Positions 39,107 through 52,084 of a stretch of DNA of 64,000 nucleotides are shown here, one piece after another; the first letter of the stretch is position 1; each line of letters begins with the position of its first letter. Under the pieces are notes generated by a model that saw only the letters and a list, made by a program, of their open reading frames with translations, did not search any database and had not been told where the DNA came from. This DNA comes from Nymphaea colorata (lineage: Eukaryota). The stretch spans positions 36,332,001 through 36,396,000 of the forward strand of contig NC_045138.2 of assembly GCF_008831285.2 (NCBI RefSeq). Direction: 5' to 3'. A program made the position numbers and the translations under genes.

Positions 39107-42100
39107 ATCAAGGCCACCGTCTCCGAACCAGTTCTTAGACAAATCGTGACTAGTAAATCAGCGTTTGAGGCATGGAATACGCTGAAAAAGTCGTTTAGTT
39201 CTCAATCACCTTTGAGAATAATGCTGCTGCGAAAGGAATTACATTTCATTCAAAAAGGCAATATGGATATGCAAACTTACTTGGAGCGAATCAAATTTCT
39301 TGCTGATACACTATCCGCGGCCGGATTAGATACAACAGATGGCGATCTTGTACAGATCACAATGAATGGTTTGCCTATTGAATATGAAAGTTTTGTGACT
39401 CTCATTAGTGCTAATTCGTCAAATGCCTCAATTACGTTTTCTGAATTGTTTGATCTTCTGCTCACTCAAGAGAAGAGACTTACTATGTTCAAATCAGCTA
39501 GGGTCGATCCTCACAAATCTATCCAAGCATTGCCACAGGTTGAAAACCAGATTGCTTTCAACACTTTTCGAGGGCGCGGAAGAGGACGAGGTGGCTTCAG
39601 AGGTCGGCAAGGAGGTCGATTCCAAGGAAGAGGAAATCGACCACATATTCAAACTCAACCACCACAAAACGGAGACTCCAACAACAATACGGGAAATGGA
39701 AGTCATCCTCGCACCATCATCACATGTCAATATTGTGGACGGAAAGGTCACTCGGCAAGGACATGTTATGATATTCCGCGTGCATTCTCTGCTATGAGTC
39801 TACAAGAATCCACTGGTGAATATTGGTATCCCGACTCGGGAGCAACCAATCATATTGTCAACAATGATGAGATGATGCACAACAAGACGACATATGATGG
39901 ATCGGACAATATCATGATTGGTAATGGTTCAAGTCTCTCTATTAAGCATATAGGGAATTTATTACTTAATACTTCAGGATCTTCGTTTCATCTTAACAAT
40001 GCCTTGCATGTGCCCACAATGGCTCACAATCTTTTATCAGTGGGAAAATTTACATCTGAAAATGATTGTATTTTTCAATTCTCACCACATAATTTTGTTA
40101 TTAAGGATCGACAGACGGGCAAGGTTCTACTTCAAGGACCAAAGATGCGTAATGGGCTCTATCCCATTAAGGCGATGAAGTCAAACATGGAGTCATCTTC
40201 AACCAAGGGAGCAGCGTTTAGTTGTTGGTTTCCAGCAGGCGTCAATAAAATTTCAGCACCATTCGAACTATGGCATCGGCGTCTTGGTCATGCCAACAAG
40301 AAGATCATTGGTTTTTTAAATTCCAGTAGATTCATATCAATAAATTCTCCTATTCCAAAAGGAGTATGTCAGTCTTGTCTTTTGGGAAAGGCACATAAGC
40401 AACCTTTTCCAACTTCTGATTTTCAAGCCTCACGGCCTCTTGAAATGCTTCACATGGATGTATGGGGACCTGCCCCGATCACCTCTCGAGAGGGATTCAG
40501 GTTTTTTCTACTCATCGTTGATGATTATTCTAGATTTTCACGGTTGTTTCCTCTGAAAACTAAGTCTGAAGTTGTTCCTTGTTTCAAGAATTTTAAGATC
40601 TTGATTGAAAAGCAGTTAAATGCACATATATGCTCCATTCATTCTGACAATGGAAAAGAATTCGTGAACTCTATCTTAGCTGCATTCTGTGATGAACATG
40701 GAATTATGCATCAATTTTCTTGCCCTTACATCCGGAACAAAATGGAATTGTTGAACGAAAAAATCGTCATACCGTCGAAACAGGATTAAGTATGCTTTAT
40801 GATGCTGGATTATCATATAGTTTCTGGGTTGACGCTTTTCGCACTGCCATATATATTATCAATCGTCTACCAACTTTGAAGTTGCAGCGCAAATCGCCCT
40901 TGTATATGTTGTTTCACAAGGATCCAGAATATGCACATTTGAAGGTTTTTGGAGCCACATGCTATCCACTATTGACGCCTATGAATGATTCCAAATTTCA
41001 GCCCAAGACTACTTCATGCATTTTCTTGGGTTATGCTAGTCATCATAAAGGATATTTATGCTATGACAAGAGACATCATCGCATTCTTATATCTCGACAT
41101 GTTGTCTTTGATGAAACTCAAACAGATGGATCTGACTCTTCTGCGAATTTCACAGAAGAACTTGTTTCTCGTTGGCTGCCAAATATGACCGACGGCTCTC
41201 CTTCTAGTCCAGTTGATCCAATGTGTGATCCAATACAGTCCACGCCAGCCTCCACCTATACTGTGTTACCTCTTCCTATGGCTACAGCCTCAGCCACGAC
41301 TTCACCTCGTGAACAACTCGGTCTATCGCTCAATGAGACTGAAAGTCCTACATCAGAGACACCATCTGTTCTGGATACACCAACTACGTCCGATTTGGCT
41401 ATTGTTGCTGCCACCACCAGTCTTGATCCTCCCACTCGATCTCATCAAATGCTAACCCGTTCTATGACAGGTTCTTCAAAACCAAAAGTTTTTTCAGCCA
41501 TCACAGCACAAGAGGAACCAGGGAATTTTAAAGAAGCTATTCAATCATCGTGTTGGCTTAATGTTATGCAAAATGAGTTCTCAGCATTGCAGAAAAACAA
41601 AACCTGGCATCTTGTACCCCCACAGCCGAATCTCCATGTCATTAGTTCCAAATGGGTTTACAAGATCAAACGTCACCCTGATGGTTCCATTGCACGACAT
41701 AAAGCTCGACTTGTCGCTCGGGGTTTTCTTCAAACGGCTGGCATTGACTATCAAGAAACTTTTAGTCCGACTATCAAACCCACCACTATCAGAGTGTTAC
41801 TCTCTCTTGCTGCCCACTTTGGTTGGTCTTTACGACAACTTGATTTTGACAATGCATTTCTTAATGGGTATCTTTCTGAAGATGTCTATATGGCTCAACC
41901 TGAGGGATTTCAAGATAGCACCTTTCCTCATTATGTCTGCAAATTAGATAAAGCACTCTATGGGCTCAAGCAAGCTCCACGCGCATGGTATCATCGCCTG
42001 AGTTGCTTTCTTACTGATCTTGGTTTTGTTGTGTCTCAATCTGATGCATCCCTATTTATTTACTCTTGTGATGGGCATCAACTTTATCTGCTTGTTTACG

Positions 42101-43080
42101 TTGATGATTTGATCATTACCGGATCAGCACCAGCTCTCATTTCTCGTATCATTACCCAGCTTGGTTCCACATTTTCGGTTAAAGATCTTGGCCCTCTCAC
42201 GTATTTTCTAGGCATTGAAGTCAAGCGACAACCCGGGGAGATATACCTGTGCCAAGAAAATTACATTAATAACATTCTTCGCAAAGCTAAGATGGACAAT
42301 GCCAAACCCACAACGTCTCCCATGGTGACTACCAAAAATGTCACAGTTGTTGAAGAATCCTCCTTTTCGGATCCCACACTATATAGGAGTGTGATAGGTG
42401 CATTACAGTATGTTACACTGACACGACCTGATATTACTTTTGCAGTAAATCGTGCATATCAATTCATGCACTCTCCCAAAGTGGCTCATTGGACAATGGT
42501 TAAAAGAATACTTCGGTATTTAAAAGGCACCAGTCATTATGTTCTTCGCTTGACTCAATCGCCTTCATTGCAATTAAGCATCTATGCAGACGCGGACTGG
42601 GCTGGAAGTCCGGAAGACCGAAAGTCGACTGGTGGTTTTGTTGCTCTCTTAGGAAATAATGTCATCTCATGGGCCTCCAGAAAACAAAGGACTGTAGCTC
42701 GATCCAGCACTGAAGCTGAATACAAATCTCTAGCCTGTGCCTCTGCAGAAATATTATGGTTAAAATCTCTTCTCAAGGAATTGAAGATCTCCTCACAAGA
42801 TACACCAGTCCTATGGTGCGATAATATAGGTGCTTTATACCTAGCAGCAAATCCAATCTTTCATGCTCGTACCAAACATGTTGAAATTGATTTTCACTTC
42901 GTTAGAGATCATATCAATAAGGGAGATATACAAGTGAACTTCATTCGAACCAAAGAGCAACTAGCATATAGGATGACAAAGGCTCTTGGAGGAACAACGT
43001 TCACGACTTTTAGAAACAATCTCAACGTCATAGAACCGCCGTTCAGATTGCGGGAGACTGTTAAGGAAGGTTTTGGATAA
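39107..43080 (+). pseudogene. Copia gag-pol polyprotein with a frameshift near 40728 and no recognisable ATG-initiated gag N-terminus
   Basis: Zinc knuckle CQYCGRKGHSARTC, protease WYPDSGAT, integrase WHRRLGH...MDVWGP...SDNGKEF / PEQNGIVERKNR, RT LYGLKQAPRAW and YVDD, RNase H YADADWAG. Split into ORFs 39146-40789 and 40720-43080. Confidence 0.93.
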
Positions 43081-43307
43081 TGATTGACGAGCCTATAATT
43101 GTGGATCTAATTGGCAACGTCAATCCCCTATAATTGTGGATCTGATAGATTTTATATCTTGCCATATTGTGTTGTAACCTCCCATCATATGTACTCTATA
43201 TATTTGCTGTATTCCAATCAATACATAACATAGAAGAGCTTATAGTATTTGCTTCTGCTCGTGTCCTCTCTTTCTCTTTCTCTCACGATATTTTCAAGGT
43301 CTTCTCA
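43059..43307 (+). repeat. 3' LTR (249 bp)
   Basis: Matches the 5' LTR; the pol stop codon (43078-43080) lies inside it. Confidence 0.95.
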
Positions 43308-43440
43308 GTTTCCCATCGAATCTCATATCTGAAATCTTCATTTTGTTGGACCTCATGGTTTAACAAATGATGCTTCAAAAACTCAAATAAAAGAACAAAA
43401 AATGTAAATCATAAGATCTTCAAATCAAGCTGGCTATAGG

Positions 43441-43679
43441 TCTGCCTCAAGGGACACAGCGTAGTTGGTCGACTTAAGGGCCTGTATAAAGCAGATCTCT
43501 AGTTTGATTCCCGTGGATATATGCTCTTATGTCTTAAGGTGGTAGCGCGCGACATCCAAGTTGAAAGGTGCACCGTCCTATCACTGTCACCGACACAGCT
43601 CAGGACCCCGAAGACAGGAGGAATGGGGGGCCTTCTGGCCTCGCGTCGGGCGGTGGGATGATCCTCTCACTCACCCGAA
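43441..43679 (+). mobile_element. tRNA-derived SINE
   Basis: 14-bp TSD aagctggctatagg (43427-43440 and 43680-43693), A-box-like cagcgtagttgg (43457-43468), B-box-like gtttgattcc (43502-43511), short A tail. Confidence 0.8.
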
Positions 43680-44128
43680 AAGCTGGCTATAGGCTTGGGC
43701 TCCATGCATTTAAGCGCACAAAATTACACAAATGCTGCAAGAAAAAAGAAAGACAAAGCCCTCTACACGTAACAGCCGAACATATATTTATAAAGGGATT
43801 ATGTAAGTGATCGGTTATCTTGATTCTCAACCTTCTTTAGGTTGAAGTCTTAAGATCTGCTAAACTGAGAGCATGCACCAATAAAAGGAAAATACAAAAA
43901 TATTTGAAAAACGTTCCAATTTTACCTGGTTATGGTAAAAAAGCAAGAGCAGTCACATATTTTCTCCTTTTTCAAGTTGCCGTCCTATGTTTTAGATATT
44001 CTTTGATAGATTCATGGGTTATTCAAAGTTAAGTATAACGACTTAAATCTTCTTTAATTTTCATTTATCACCAAAGGAGACAAGTTGTTCTTGAGATTCT
44101 GTGGGGGTAATATTAATGGTGAAACCTT

Positions 44129-46232
44129 TACTACAAAAGAAAAAGGCTTTACCGACTTGTTGAAAATATAACATTGGTAAGTGTTAGTTAGTGATGTCCA
44201 TAGTTGGACGTCGATAAAATTATTAACCATCACGACGCGTAGAGCTATTGTGTCGTTGAAGTTCAATTCATCCACATTCACCATAAGACGTCAGTAAAAG
44301 TAAAAAAAAGAAAAGCCTGTTCATATTACCGATGCATTACGGTTCTTGCATCGATGAAACTTTCAATGTTGACTATTAGCGACGTCCAATTTTGCCCGTC
44401 GATAAAAACTTATTATCATCGACATGTAAACTTATTATCATCGACATTTGAATTTCTCTGCATTGCTGAATATTGCGCACAATGGCCTTCTCATAGACGG
44501 CGTCGGTAATGTTTACCGCATTAACATTACCGATGTTTTCTATGCATTGGTAAAAGCTTTCCCGACTTATTTCTTCCAGTCAAACCCATCTCCTTCTTTC
44601 CTCTTTTATTTTTTCTTCCAGCTTTCTTTCCACTGGCAATTTTTCTGGCAAACTCTTTTTCTTCATCATGTTTTTGGACTGCTTGAAGGTTGGTTGGTCA
44701 ATCTCTTCTCTCTCTCCTTTTTTAATTTAATATGATTTGTAGTTAAAACATGCTTGTAGGGTATAAATTTGAATTTTTTCATCGAAAGCTTGACACTTTC
44801 TAGTAGTATTAGTTGACCTTAATAAGGTCGATTTGATATGTTAATTACATAAAATGTTCACACAATCACAAAACCCTAAATATGACCTTAGTTTTTGTCA
44901 TCACAGGATTCCGACTCATTGTGATAGAATTTCAGCATCAAATTTGGACCATGTCTAATTCAAGTACACATACATATATTCACATAACATTATTTTGATT
45001 TGGTGTCATTTGAACTCTTTTTTTTGATGTTTGAATGTTTCTAGTTCCTAGCATTTTTATATACCCACTAAGTGTTCGACTAATTGTTTAAACAAGTGAA
45101 AAGTTATATTTTTCTTAAACTTCTTGGATTCATGTGTCATTATCAATTGCTTATTATGTTATATTGTGATGGGACGTCTACTCCAAAGTGATGCGACAAG
45201 AGAGACATGGTAGAATGCAGATGATAGGACTTGATGTTAGTCCTTCTTAATTTGGTTCATCCTTTAAATCGAGCGAAATACTTATTCTGTGGGAAGAAAA
45301 TGCTTTATTGAATGATAAAGTTTCTTCGCTTGATTGAGCCTCAGTTTCTTCAATTTTAAGCTTAAGTTACTCTTTTTCTTCATCATGTTTTTGGACTGCT
45401 TGAAGTTTGAAAAGGTTGGTTGGTCAATCTCTTCTCTCTATCCTTTTTTAATTTAATATGATTTGTAGTTAAAACATGCTTGTAGGGTATAAATTTGAAT
45501 TTTTTCATCGAACTCTTGACACTTTCTAGTAATATTAGCTTATTCTATGGGAACAAAATGCTTTATTGAATGATAAAGTTTCTTCTCTTGAGCCTCAGTT
45601 TCTTCAATTTTAAGCTTAAGTTACTAGGTTTATGACACAACAGGTTGGTGATACGAACCTAGGTTTCGTACCAATTCATTTGTTGTAATGACTAACGAGT
45701 TATATTGTTAACATTTCTCATAGAACTAATATGTTTTCTTAATGTTCATTGTAGACACACTAAACTTCATACGATTTCCACCTCAAAACTGTTTTGTAAC
45801 ATTTAACTATAGTGAATCAGTTGTATTGTAATATAAGTTCAAACATTTGTTGTATCTATATGTTTGGTTCATGAACATGTAATTATTTTTTTTGTTTTAT
45901 TTGATAGATGAAAAATATAAGCAGGTATGTTGTATATATATTTCTGATTTCGAAAAAATTATGTCATAAGATAGAAAAAAGATTGAAAAGCTATCACCGA
46001 GGCATAAATATGCGTCGATAAAGAGTAATAGCGGCATTAAGTCAAACGTCAGTTAAAATTTTACCGATGTCCAATTATTTATGGATAAAAATTTTACCGA
46101 CGACATGCCTCGCTGCCAGTAAAGTTTTTACAGACGACCACTAACATGTCGGAAATAATAACAGACGACCACTAACATGTTGGAAATAGTAGATTATTAC
46201 CGACATGATAAGAGGTTGGTAATAGTCAATGT
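44129..46232. mobile_element. Non-autonomous CACTA (En/Spm)-like derivative
   Basis: Left end tACTACAAAAGAAAAAGGCTTTACCGAC; many TTACCGAC/GTCGGTAA-like subterminal repeats near both ends; right TIR incomplete; no transposase ORF. Confidence 0.65.
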
Positions 46233-46363
46233 TTACCTACCGGTACCCCGTCTGAGTGATAGACCATACAGTTGAAATCTCCAAAAATTTGAAAAAAAGT
46301 CGCAAAAGTTGATGAAGACCCAATATTCTGGAGATCCTTTTCCATATTTATATCTGTTTGTAT

Positions 46364-46553
46364 AAGTGGAGCCGACATTTTTTTAAGAGGCCAACCGGTC
46401 CGGGATTTCTTTTTTCAAAATTTTTAAAACCTCTTTTAAAAAATGATCGTGGGGACCCATTATATATTTTTTAAAATTTTTATATGAACAAAATTAAACG
46501 GTAGGCAATCTTTCAATTTTTTTTTTTTTGGGAAAAAAAACAACCGCCCCTGC
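46364..46553. mobile_element. MITE with GC-rich ends (gtggagcc...ccgcccctg) and AT-rich core; related remnants near 2850-3060, 48485-48530, 49990-50150
   Basis: Recurring GGCGGAGCC / CCGCCCCTG-type ends; boundaries approximate. Confidence 0.4.
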
Positions 46554-46962
46554 CGATAAAGATGAGTATGGAACAAGCTTTGAAGTTAAAGGTGTATTCA
46601 TGAAAAACATTAACTTCCTACCATCGAAATTTTAATATCATAAGAGCCGTTAATTTTTTTCATACTGTTGAAAATGCATTTAAATGTGAACAAATTCACT
46701 CTTAACCAACAAGATTAGGTTGCAGTTGTACAAAAAATATCTTCATATAGTTTTCCGGATTTTGTCTCCGTTGGATGATCTCCTTTTAATTCATCTTTTA
46801 AGGGTGTTCTACCACCCGAACATGCAAGAGGTGGAACATATAACCAGCTTCGATAAATGGCAGTGTCCATACCGAAGAATTAGGAGAGGAGGGGAACACT
46901 TTTAGGAACTTTAGATCAGGTCGAGACGGCACTTTTATATGTGTGTGTATGCACGCGCGTGC

Positions 46963-47000
<38 letters not shown>

Positions 47001-48817
47001 TTAATTTGAGAACAATGCAATTATATATATAGTTTACTAGGTGAACAAAATGGAGGCACATTTAATAAAGTCAAGCTGATCAATCAGACAAAGTCTTGCT
47101 ACTTGGCTTATCTGCAGACAATCGACTGCTTGGATCCATCTCTTTTTTATGGTTTCTTTCTCCCACTTGCGCATTCACTCTCTCTCTCTCTCTCTCTCGT
47201 CAGTGTTTGTGGCGTGACAATTGTTTACTAACAATGCATTGGGACATTTCATTCCCTTTCTAGCGCACTTTGGTCAAGCCCTTTCCTCGACGGCTCCACC
47301 CTTCTTTTGATTGAGATATGTTGTCCATCCTTGTTCTCTTCCGTCCCGATCTTGTGGGGGCCGTTCCCGTCCCGGTCTTTTCCATTTCCCTGTGGAAACG
47401 GCCCCCAAATATTTATGCGTGTTACTTTTCCACCATAAAATGGTCCCTTCAAACGCGTCTTTTGCGGTTGATTTTTTTTTTTCCCCCAAATTTCAAGGAG
47501 CCCTTAATCATATTTTCAGTAAATAATAATAATTACAGCAACAACAATGGTAATCATAATAAGGCGCTCTTAATAATAATCATTTTTTTAAATATTTATT
47601 TCCCTTTAACCATGAACCTTTCATGTTTTAGTGGTCTCAAATGGTAATAAGGGCAGGTCATAATCCTAATGGAGGTTGGTCGTCAATCGGTTTTCGTTTT
47701 GAATACTTGAGATGTTAAATTCGTTTTTAATGTAAATAGGAAGACACTGATGTGTAAGTTAAAGTGTGGCAGGAATGACATTATGAAGCACCAAAAGAGA
47801 ACAAGGGTGGAGTGAAAACTTTGGCCGAAAAATATTTATTGAGCTCACGAGACAAATAGTAATAATGGAAAATTTCAAAACATTTGGAGAGTAAAGCGAC
47901 CCTTGAACTTCCTTCTTGAGAACATTGACATGACTGCTTACAAATCCACCAATGAAAAGCATTTTTTCGGGAAAATGCTTATCTTGGCTGTCAATTCCAT
48001 CATAATCATTCCCAAGGCTTTCTTGGATGGAAACTCCATCCCTTGAAATAACCAATCCTTATGATAGAAAAAAAAAAAAAGAGTCTGGTCTTGGGTTAGG
48101 TGTACAATTAAGACTTTGATTGTCCTCGCTACAGACAAGCACACACCTTGTTTGTTTGACAGTGTGAACAAGAAAAAGCTTGAATCTCAAGTCTTGGAGA
48201 ACTGGACTTCTGTGGACTTCTGTTTTCCCATTGGATGATTCCCTTTTCTAAGCCCAACCATCATCTCCTCCATCTAGAGAACTTCTGACAACCTCCATGG
48301 CGGAGCTTTCAGTCTCTTTTCCGGGTGGGGTAGATAGTAAGCCTCTCACTCCCTAGAGATGTTGATTTTAACTGTTTTTATTACTTTGAGTACTTTTAAA
48401 GTTTTCCAGATGGTGCGATTAGTCCCGGCTTAGTTTACCAGCTTAATCTTCAGCTGATTAAATGCATAACCAATTTGACGGCCCTAGTGGCGGAGCCGCA
48501 GATGAGCCAGGCGGCGCAACTTGCCGTATAAATGGTCTTTGTTTGCCTCACCCACATGAAACCCTATAGATAGGTTCATTTGGCAATGGATGTACTACTA
48601 GCTAGAACCAACAATTGGATATGGAAAAAGGTTAGTAGTTGCAAGTTGAGCAATGTTGAACATGCTCAAATTAATATGGGTGGGGATGGAGAAAGCAAAT
48701 GCTTGGGGAAGCAATAGCGACATCTTTTTCTCATGATGCACCAAAAAAAAAAAAAAAAAAGCCCAAGCCGGTGTAAGAGCCTTTTTCACTTTGATAGTCA
48801 TGAGCAAGTTGAGCCCA

Positions 48818-49047
48818 AGTTCCCTAAGGGGTGGTAGCGTACTGGGCCACAAGGTGGTCCGACTCTTTTAAGTATTTAGGTTCAAGCCTTGGAGTGGTCA
48901 CTATCACGTTCTAGTAAACTCTACCTCTAGACCGTAAAAAATCCCAAAACATGATCTGTAAAAACCTAAGGAGGTGGACACAAGGGGCAAATGACCTCTC
49001 TTAAAGGTGGTATAATGAACCGCTCACCCTTAAATAAAGAAAAAGAA
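48818..49047 (+). mobile_element. tRNA-derived SINE (second, diverged)
   Basis: 12-bp TSD aagttgagccca (48806-48817 and 49048-49059), A-box-like tagcgtactgg (48835-48845), B-box-like ggttcaagcc (48879-48888), A-rich tail. Confidence 0.75.
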
Positions 49048-50959
49048 AAGTTGAGCCCAGGCAGCCTCATGTGACAATCCGACCGGATTGCGAGTGATCG
49101 GCGGCATAACGGTTATATTTCGATCTCCATCTTACTTTCACTACTTTCACTTGAGTAGAAAGGTTCATATTGCAGGGTTCCCAAGTTGAGGGCACATCAA
49201 CGTGCTTAATACGGACGTTGCTCAGTTGCTTTCAATGTGACTTCATTCATTGTTGTTTCTTATATGGTTCAAAATGTGCCAACAAGGTCTTCCATTATTT
49301 TTGAGCAATCCTGACTGGCTGTCTTTCCATTGCCACATATTGTCTGGCAGATTGTGTCGGGCTGGACTTAAATTGTTCTACCGGTCCATGACCCACCAAA
49401 CTAGTTTATTTATTTTCTTTAGATCTGGTTATATTCGCTTGCTTGGAATAAAAGTGACACAGTACTCCAGTATAAACATGTGATTTACATCCATATAATA
49501 GTTTAGGTATGTTTTTGACTTAGAACAAACTGGTAGATTTTCACATGGATGTTGTTCCCAAATTTAGCTAAACTAAGATAATCCCGGCAAGAAGCCTAAG
49601 GTTGTGTTTGATGACCGTAGATCCGAGATGCCCCCACCCCCGATTTCAAATCCATGTTTTTTACATGAAGGTGTGGATTTAGAGGTAGATGCTGAAATCC
49701 GCAATTTGAAACACTACGGATTTCATCTATCATGGATTTGAGATTCCCTGGAATCTTAGATCTGTGGAGAATCAAACGCAACCAAAATGAAAACCTCCCA
49801 TGTTTTAATAAAAGAAGAATGGAATTTAGCTAAATAAGGCAGCCAGGGTTTGGCTTATGGCTCTTTTGGCCTTTTCTAAGAGCTGAGCTCAACCTTGGCA
49901 TAAGTCGAGGAATACAAAACCCAGCTGTAACAGACCTTTAAGTAAGGTCATATTTCTTGTCTATTTATTGTTCACTTAGTGCTAGTAGCTGCAGGCAGTT
50001 GCCTACATTGACCCACATAATTTATTTTGTTTACATGCCCATTCCTTCACATAATTTACTTTTATCATATATTGGCGCCCCTCAAAACTAAGAGTTGAAG
50101 ATAACTTGAAGTAGGAGTGCCTCTAAGCCACAAATTTCTAGATCCGCCGTCATTGTTTGGTACCCTGACTTGCTCCTATCATAATCTTTTTTCAAGGAGA
50201 GTTACTGCTCCTCTTCCTTGATACCTCATGAATTGATTGTCTGCTTTCCATCTCATTAAAGAGCGACGATTTGCTTGCTTTTTAAAGAGATCTAAGCTCC
50301 CTCTTAATCCTTGTTATTTGAGGGGAGTTCCTCCTTCAGATGAATTGATCGTAACTTAGTTGATCTCAATAAAAAGAGAGAGAGAGAGCTGTTCCTAAGG
50401 CCTTTATCGTTAGTAGATCTTTTTCTCCAAGAAGCTAGCAATATGGCGCTAAGATTGCGAAGGAAAGAGATCTACCGATTGCTAATTGCAAAAAAGGGTC
50501 TTGGTTATTAAGGCCATGCGCTTTTGTTGATGAATTCTGTCCCCATCTTCTTGGGGATACGTGATTCTGATATCTACAAATCTAGTTTTGTATCGAATTT
50601 CATCTGGCCAAACTGCCTGCCTTCTAATACTTGCATTCCATTTGGATCTCAAATTAAATGAGTAGAAATAGTATTTTACCATTCAAAAGAGAGCCAAAAT
50701 TCCCATTAAATCCCTCATTTAGGGCCTACTTTCGGTAAACTACGTTTCAACTTGCATGTACAGGCGCCTTTGTTTGCACTTAATTAGCTAAATAATGTGT
50801 AGATATTGCAACAGCCACAGCCGAAGAATTCTCATTAAAAGAGCTGGGGACAAAAATGAGAAAAAGATGGAGACAGAATTTAATCTAAAACAATAATCCA
50901 AGGTACTTAACAATCCCGGCATTTTGGGGGAAAAAATACGGTCAACTGAGAAGGTGACA

Positions 50960-51032
50960 TGGAGGTGCGGGGAATCGAACCCCGTGCCTCTCGCATGCGA
51001 AGCGAGCGCTCTACCATATGAGCTACACCCCC
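50960..51032 (-). tRNA. tRNA-Ala (anticodon CGC)
   Basis: Minus strand GGGGGTGTAGCTCATATGGTAGAGCGCTCGCTTCGCATGCGAGAGGCACGGGGTTCGATTCCCCGCACCTCCA is a 73-nt cloverleaf with the G3:U70 identity pair; downstream T-run Pol III terminator near 50930-50936. Confidence 0.97.
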
Positions 51033-51789
51033 GCCGTTATGTGAAGTTCGAAGCTTTGAGATTACGTAGCGGACTAGCCGTACAGTCCCCTATCTGTCCT
51101 TATTCAGAGTGGAGGGCCAGCCCCCCGCCCCCAAGTTGACGGAGGAAATGGGAGAGGTCCGTCTCCCATAAATGACTCCTCCTTTATGACTCACCAGCCC
51201 CCCCCCACCCTTCCTCTCATTAAATTCATAAAAAAATTGTCTGACAATACATAAACCTAGTGTTTGATATAAGGGGCACATTCTTCTGAAATAGACGTAT
51301 TCACCGCACCCAACCTTCATCTTTTTCGTTTACAGCGCACCAAGAGACATGTACCAGGTGGAGGCTAGCAAAAAATTTTGTTGCTTTCGGTGATCCGGGA
51401 TCATTCACCAGAAATGGCCTTTCCTGTGAAACTTGACAAAGCCGGCAGAAGTCGCTCCTGGCGTTTAGTCAACGCTCGGCTTGCCTGTGTGGGGATATCC
51501 GTCCGCACCAGAGGGCCGATGGCCAGCACTTTATAATGCCGGCAAAGGGTAAAAGAAAAGTTCACACGTATTGCTCCATACGTATACACACCTGTTGCAG
51601 AACATACTATCTATAAATCAGAGAGAAAATGTTTTCCAAATTTGGATTCATTATACACATATTTATACATCAAAAAAATCTATAGAGAAGAAAATAACGC
51701 AATCTCTGATCTATGCTACCACAATCTTTCCATTACTAATTATACAAGACATTTCTACATCAAAAAACTATAAAAAAAAAAAGCAACAA

Positions 51790-51915
51790 CTGAATCTAAT
51801 CAATAACACCACAATCTTTTAGTCTTTTGATAGCCACCAGTATGTCATCTTGCAAGTAGCCGTTGTAGACATTTCCAAAGCCACCATTTCTCAATATTGT
51901 CAGTTGCTATTAGAA
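51790..51915 (-). pseudogene. Fragment of an LRR-II (NIK/SERK-like) receptor kinase, subdomains I-II
   Basis: Translates as IATDN / LRNGGFGNVYNGYLQDDILVAIKRLKDCGVID*IQ with a frameshift and a stop; resembles the recalled NIK consensus [38 protein letters not shown]...EIQF. Confidence 0.7.
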
Positions 51916-52084
51916 CTTATGTAAAAGTGTTGAAACTAAGAGAAGTTTGTAGAGGATACCTCTAAGTCCGATATGCTGACGAGTGACGAGACACCATGGA
52001 CCATAGCTTTCTCCATCTGCTTAAGCACAGAATGAAGATTCCTCAATAAACCCCACTTTGATTGACATCAGTATATAGCACGAT

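Larger units (their letters stand above)
38398..43307 (+). mobile_element. Full-length Ty1/copia LTR retrotransposon (Ale/RE1-like), defective
   Basis: TG...CA LTRs at 38398-38646 and 43059-43307, TSD GTTTC (38393-38397 and 43308-43312), tRNA-iMet PBS TGGTATCAGAGC at 38647-38658, domain order gag-PR-INT-RT-RH. Confidence 0.97.

Noticed and set aside
51790..51915. Idea that the kinase fragment is the lost kinase domain of the LRR1 gene
   Set aside because: It lies about 36 kb upstream on the minus strand, the wrong side; LRR1-type genes are natively kinase-less and this one has a normal C-terminus.
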